From an uncultured Gammaproteobacteria bacterium (lineage in GTDB: Bacteria > Patescibacteriota > Microgenomatia > Daviesbacterales > UBA10151): 64,000 nucleotides of DNA. How positions within the stretch are numbered: the first letter of the stretch is position 1; every line of letters begins with the position of its first letter. Position numbers and translations under genes: made by a program. Location of the stretch: positions 165,585 through 229,584 of the forward strand of contig CAYMRP010000001.1 of assembly GCA_964392925.1 (NCBI GenBank), read 5' to 3'. Of the stretch, positions 59,593 through 64,000 are shown piece after piece. The notes beneath the pieces are model-generated. The model had not been told where the DNA came from. It did no database searches and saw only the letters and a list, made by a program, of their open reading frames with translations.

Positions 59593-60999
59593 ATGCCTTT
59601 TACTGCAAAGCAGCAAACCTTCTTTATTATTAACTTTGTTATGACCTTTTTCAGGCGTAAAAAGTGGTTTTTGATCTCTTTAATTGCCGCCATTCTAATA
59701 ATCTTTTCGCTGTTTTATTATTTTCTGGCAGTTAACCACCATGCTCAGGTTTCAGAAGGCATAGTTGGCACTCACGAAGAACGCGACTTACCTGATGTTG
59801 TCTTAAATTTACTCTCCGAACCACTAATAAGAGTCGATAAAACTGGTTCGCCTTCAGCGAAGTTAGCTGAAAGTTGGGAAGTAAATTCTGAAGCAACCTT
59901 GTATCGAGTCAAGTTAAAGCCGGATTTAAAATGGATCGATGGACAGCCGGTTAAAGCCTCTGAGATTTATATCTCTATACCTGATGTCCAAATTAACCCA
60001 ATTGATGATCAAACTCTTGAATTTAAACTAGCTGAATCATTTAGCCCCTTTCCGACATTGCTGACCAAGCCCATTCTTAGAAAAGCTGACAACCAATTTG
60101 GCTTTGAACTAATTGGGGTCGGCCCTTACCAGGTAGATACTATAAAAAAAGATGGCCCGTTTGTAAAAAAATTGAGCTTAGAATCAGCAGACCCAACATT
60201 ACCCTTAGTCGGAATTACTTTTTATCCCAACGAAAAAATTGCTAAAACAGCTTTTAAGTTAGGAGAGGTTCAGGCTTTACTGGGAATCAACGAAACTCGT
60301 GATTTAAATTTTAATAATTTGAGTCAAAAAAGTTTTACCAATTTCCACCAGCTAGTGACAATTTTTCTAAATACCGAAGATCCTAATCTCTCAGATGAAA
60401 ATTTCCGTCTCGGGCTCGCATTCTCAGCTCCGGAAATTGCCAATACCGAAATCGCCAAAACCTCGATAGCTCCTTCTTCTTGGGCATTTAATCCAGAGGT
60501 AAAAGATTTTTTAAATAATCCGGAAAAAGCCAAAGAAGCTTTAGCTAAAGTCCAAAAAGGCAAAGATGAAACTATAACATTAACTTCTACCAGCTCTCTG
60601 GAAGGTGTTGGAGAAAAAGTTGTTGAAGCTTGGAATAATGCCGGTCTGAAAGCCGTTTTAAGAGCAGAATCAGGTATTCCTCAAAACTTCCAAGCCCTTT
60701 TAATCACTCAGAATATTCCTTCAGATCCAGATCAATATTCTTTATGGCACTCAACACAAAGAGCCGGAACTAATATCTCCAAAATTAATAAAGCCAGAAT
60801 TGATAAAGACTTGGAAGACGGCCGTAAGATGACAGATTTAAATACCAGAAAACAAAAATATCAAGACTTTCAAAGAATATTAGCCGATCAATCACCAGCC
60901 ATATTTTTATATTTCCCTAAATACGAAGTAGTCTATATGAAGAAAGTTGAATCAAGTCTCGATAAAGCGCTCACTCTTCAATTGTCTAATCTAAATTAA
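59593..60999 (+). CDS. Peptide ABC substrate-binding protein (family 5), membrane anchored
   Basis: LAESW, KW.DG, GVGPY, DPDQY..WHS, PAIFLY. Confidence 0.85.
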   Translation: MPFTAKQQTFFIINFVMTFFRRKKWFLISLIAAILIIFSLFYYFLAVNHHAQVSEGIVGTHEERDLPDVVLNLLSEPLIRVDKTGSPSAKLAESWEVNSEATLYRVKLKPDLKWIDGQPVKASEIYISIPDVQINPIDDQTLEFKLAESFSPFPTLLTKPILRKADNQFGFELIGVGPYQVDTIKKDGPFVKKLSLESADPTLPLVGITFYPNEKIAKTAFKLGEVQALLGINETRDLNFNNLSQKSFTNFHQLVTIFLNTEDPNLSDENFRLGLAFSAPEIANTEIAKTSIAPSSWAFNPEVKDFLNNPEKAKEALAKVQKGKDETITLTSTSSLEGVGEKVVEAWNNAGLKAVLRAESGIPQNFQALLITQNIPSDPDQYSLWHSTQRAGTNISKINKARIDKDLEDGRKMTDLNTRKQKYQDFQRILADQSPAIFLYFPKYEVVYMKKVESSLDKALTLQLSNLN

Positions 61000-61667
61000 T
61001 CTTGATCTAAACCTTGCTTTATTTTAGTTTTATAATTTCGTATAAACTTAGTAAAATCTCGTAAATTTAACTCGTTTACAAAGCCTGCTGCCTCATTATT
61101 AAATAAAGCGTACTCGAAATCTACGACTAGCAATTTCCATGAACCGTCCTCTCTCATTAAAAGGCTTAGCGATTCACTATCTATAGGTAATACTATCTTT
61201 GCCTGTGTCGCCCTGTCCATAATCACACCTGCAGATTCTATAATTTCATCAGTTTCTGTTGCCAGGAACCTTCTATCAGACTCAGAAATGGGGCTGCGCC
61301 TTGGATGATAGTTTCTATAACTGACTTTATCGAATAGTCGGGAACCATCAGCTTCTAAATCTGTCATTAATACAAGACTGTCAGTAGCTATTCTTAATGT
61401 TGGGACAGTAGGGATACGAGCTTCTTTTAGAGCTAACCATATCTCACCATAGGTTTGTGCATAATCATCAAACTGTACTGGAGTTCCGTCTGGTTTCTGC
61501 TGCATGTAATCGGGGCTTTTATGAATTAAGCTTACAGTTTTTGCGCCCGAACCTTCTCCCACAATCGCTTGAACACGACCAACTCTTTCTGTCGAACGTA
61601 TCCGCTTAGCTATATTAACTGCAGTATATTCCGGTCGATTAACTTTATAGAGATTTAATGTCTCCAT
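60996..61667 (-). CDS. Hypothetical orphan, possible divergent kinase-like fold
   Basis: L.HK, IPTVP, LVLMTDL, LLVVDFE; TATAAT 6 nt before ATG. Confidence 0.5.
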   Translation of the reverse strand: METLNLYKVNRPEYTAVNIAKRIRSTERVGRVQAIVGEGSGAKTVSLIHKSPDYMQQKPDGTPVQFDDYAQTYGEIWLALKEARIPTVPTLRIATDSLVLMTDLEADGSRLFDKVSYRNYHPRRSPISESDRRFLATETDEIIESAGVIMDRATQAKIVLPIDSESLSLLMREDGSWKLLVVDFEYALFNNEAAGFVNELNLRDFTKFIRNYKTKIKQGLDQD

Positions 61668-61708
61668 ATGGTAATTATATCACTATAGGACTAGATAATA
61701 CCAAAAAT

Positions 61709-61826
61709 CTATAGTTTTAAAAATCCAAACAACTCAAACCCTGCTTTGGATTTAGCCGGTTCTTTTTCTGAAAGTTCTATTAATTTCTCCAAACCTCTTA
61801 CAGTGTTAAAGTCTTCAATTATCTAA
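61709..61826 (-). pseudogene. Relic second C-terminus of the MshC/CysS-like gene
   Basis: EDFNTVRGLEKLIELSEKEPAKSKAGFELFGFLKL* aligns with KDFNTELSLKRIIITSKTQPGRSKAALQILGMKF*. Confidence 0.7.
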
Positions 61827-61832
61827 CCTAAA

Positions 61833-62984
61833 CTAAAACTTCATCCCTAGAATTTGCAAAGCCGCCTTTGACCGTCCAGGTTGTGTTTTTGAAGTAATAA
61901 TAATTCTTTTTAAAGAGAGTTCTGTATTAAAATCCTTTTCTAAATCTATCAATAATTCCTCGACACCAGTATCATCCGTTTCCACAGCCTTAAATGTTCG
62001 TTCCAGCCCCTCCATTATTCTTTTTGCTTCTTCCATATCTGCCTCTTTGTATTCCCAGGTTTTTCTATAATGGTTTAGCAAAAGCATTAAGCGTATTGAA
62101 TTAGCAGAATAAGTTGTTAATAGATCGCCAACTAAAATTAAATTCCCTAAAGACTTACTCATCTTCTGGCCTTGATATGAAACCATTGCTACATGCATCC
62201 AACTTTTAACAAACGGGCGGCGAGTGGTAAAACTCTCTGATTGTGCAATCTCCGATTCGTGATGCGGATAAATTAAATCAAAACCGCCGCCATGAATATC
62301 AATTTGCTCACCCAAAGTTTTCTTTATCATTGCCGAACACTCTATATGCCAACCTGGTCGGCCGCAGCCCCAAGGTGATTCCCAAAAAGGTTCATCATCC
62401 TTCGATTTCTGCCACAATAAAAAATCTAAAGGCGCTTTCTTCTGTGGATCTGCAGGGTCTCCGCCGCGCTCTTTTAAAAGCTTTAACATCTCCTTCTCCG
62501 AATATTTTGATAATTTTCCGTATTCTGAAAACCTACTAACCTGGAAATACACATTTCCGTCAATCTCATATGCAAACCCTTTATCAATTAACTCTTTAAC
62601 CATTTCGACTATCTCATCCATCGCCTCTGTAGCCTTTATGTAGTGATCAGGCATCAAAACATTCAAATCCCTTAGATCCTTCAAAAACTTCTTAGTCCAT
62701 GAATCCCCAAGTTGAACCCAATCTTTTCCATCTCTTTTAGCTCTTTTCAAAATATCATCATCAATATCAGTTACATTTTGCGTATAAGTAACCTTGTATC
62801 CCTTAAATTCAAGAAATCTTTTTAAAACATCAAATTGCACGTAAACAAAGGCATGTCCTAAATGGGTTGTATCATAAGGAGTAATTCCGCAAACATACAT
62901 TTTTACGGCTTTCTCTTTTAAAGTCTGGAATTTTTCTGTTTGGCCTGATAGTGAATTAAATAGCATCATTTGAGGTAAGTGCAT
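61833..62984 (-). CDS. MshC-like cysteine ligase (CysRS paralog lacking the anticodon-binding domain)
   Basis: CGITPY..THLGH, GRPGWHIEC, HGGG.DL..PHHE, KMSKS; 383 aa. Confidence 0.75.
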   Translation of the reverse strand: MHLPQMMLFNSLSGQTEKFQTLKEKAVKMYVCGITPYDTTHLGHAFVYVQFDVLKRFLEFKGYKVTYTQNVTDIDDDILKRAKRDGKDWVQLGDSWTKKFLKDLRDLNVLMPDHYIKATEAMDEIVEMVKELIDKGFAYEIDGNVYFQVSRFSEYGKLSKYSEKEMLKLLKERGGDPADPQKKAPLDFLLWQKSKDDEPFWESPWGCGRPGWHIECSAMIKKTLGEQIDIHGGGFDLIYPHHESEIAQSESFTTRRPFVKSWMHVAMVSYQGQKMSKSLGNLILVGDLLTTYSANSIRLMLLLNHYRKTWEYKEADMEEAKRIMEGLERTFKAVETDDTGVEELLIDLEKDFNTELSLKRIIITSKTQPGRSKAALQILGMKF

Positions 62985-63022
62985 AATACCAAAAGCCAGG
63001 AGAATGTATAATACTAACTAAT

Positions 63023-63727
63023 ATGAAAGCGCTGTTTATCTTTGCCCATCCTGACGACGAAACATTTGCCACAGGCGGCACAATTGCTAAATTAACCCGG
63101 GCTGGGAATGAAGTCCAAATAATTTCTGCAACCACCGGTCAGGCCGGAATGACAGGCGAGTATGGTGACATTACCCCAGAAGAGCTCGGTAAAGTAAGAG
63201 AATTGGAGCACGGCAAAGCCGGCTTTATTCTCGGAGTTTCACAAATCCGCTATTTGGATTTAATGGATGGGGAAGTTGATAAAACCAGTGTCGAAGATTT
63301 GGTAAATAAACTACTACCCTTAATCAAAGAAATAAATCCCGACATTGTTATAACTTTTGAAAAAAATGGTATCTCCAATCACCCTGATCATAAACAAATC
63401 TCCAAAGCGGCCACTAAGGCCTTTAAAGACTGGGTGAAAGATATTGAAAAACACGTCCGCCTTTATCATATCGGTGTTCCTCAAAGTTATATGGATGCTT
63501 ACGAAAAGAATGGCCTATCAAATAAGGCCTTTGGCCAAACCCCGGGAGTTCCAGACGAAAACTTCACCACAATTATAGACATCTCAGATGTCTTCGACAT
63601 AAAAGATAAAGCCGCCAAAATGCACATTTCTCAAAAATCAGATTGGGACAGAATAAGTAAGAGAATGGAACACGTTGACCTAAAAAAAGAATTCTTGGAA
63701 CTAATTAGCGAAAACAATCTGGTTTAA
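63023..63727 (+). CDS. PIG-L/LmbE family N-deacetylase (MshB/Mca/BshB-like)
   Basis: AHPDDE, T.G..G, R..E, HPDH, H.SQ. Confidence 0.9.
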   Translation: MKALFIFAHPDDETFATGGTIAKLTRAGNEVQIISATTGQAGMTGEYGDITPEELGKVRELEHGKAGFILGVSQIRYLDLMDGEVDKTSVEDLVNKLLPLIKEINPDIVITFEKNGISNHPDHKQISKAATKAFKDWVKDIEKHVRLYHIGVPQSYMDAYEKNGLSNKAFGQTPGVPDENFTTIIDISDVFDIKDKAAKMHISQKSDWDRISKRMEHVDLKKEFLELISENNLV

Positions 63728-64000
63728 GAGATAGTGGTAAGAGATTCAAGAAGCCCCGCTTCTTCCTGAGCCTGCAGTTCCTGTAGTAGTGCAGCTAAAT
63801 CATATTGAGTATTACGGAACTTTTTCCAGCTTCCAGGTTGTACATTTTCCAAATTACTTCCTAAACAAACCCTTAGTCCAGCTTCTAATCTTTCATTAGG
63901 AGTCCAAACTCTTGGCTCATCTTCCCTAGGAGCTCGAATTGCTTCACGACTTGGTATCTCGCTCGCATTATTAACAACTAATCCTCTTAGTTCTAAACTT
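63724..64000 (-). CDS. 3' part of a hypothetical protein, truncated by the window edge
   Basis: Open frame SLELRGLVVNN...LESLTTIS*; stop overlaps the PIG-L stop (TTAA). Confidence 0.55.
   Translation of the reverse strand, partial: SLELRGLVVNNASEIPSREAIRAPREDEPRVWTPNERLEAGLRVCLGSNLENVQPGSWKKFRNTQYDLAALLQELQAQEEAGLLESLTTIS

Noticed and set aside
9564-62539. Numerous 60-140 aa ORFs antisense to or nested in core genes
   Set aside because: Shadow frames of well-supported genes, with no independent signals
1-64000. Stop-codon reassignment (code 25)
   Set aside because: Core genes are full length under code 11 and TGA terminates gatA and dapB at the expected ends

Overview
AT-rich bacterial chromosome segment (genetic code 11). 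Gene content and style (small orphan ORFs between core genes, -10 boxes directly in front of start codons) suggest Patescibacteria/CPR, probably Microgenomates; this is inference. Core genes: polX, lemA, htpX, gatCAB, dnaE, rplS, rnhB, typA, rsmI, lexA, uvrB/uvrA/uvrC, secG, a two-component pair, and a lysC-dapB-dapA-asd-dapL-lysA operon without dapF. Four tRNAs: Gly-CCC, Asp-GTC, Lys-TTT, Glu-TTC. Main highlights: (1) tRNA-Asp is split inside its anticodon (35/36) by a 198-nt group I intron, with a free-standing two-motif LAGLIDADG gene directly upstream; (2) three tRNA genes are preceded by hairpins that start with a copy of their own 5' end; (3) a GIY-YIG gene is bracketed by covarying 29-bp palindromic inverted repeats, with two gene-less copies elsewhere; (4) a divergent MshC-like ligase / PIG-L deacetylase pair suggests a low-molecular-weight thiol pathway; (5) two candidate structured ncRNAs with their own promoter and terminator; (6) a TTYGG-N6-TTYGG candidate LexA box at lexA, uvrB and uvrA. 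No CRISPR array, integrase, transposase or rRNA seen. All calls are by eye; no searches were run.
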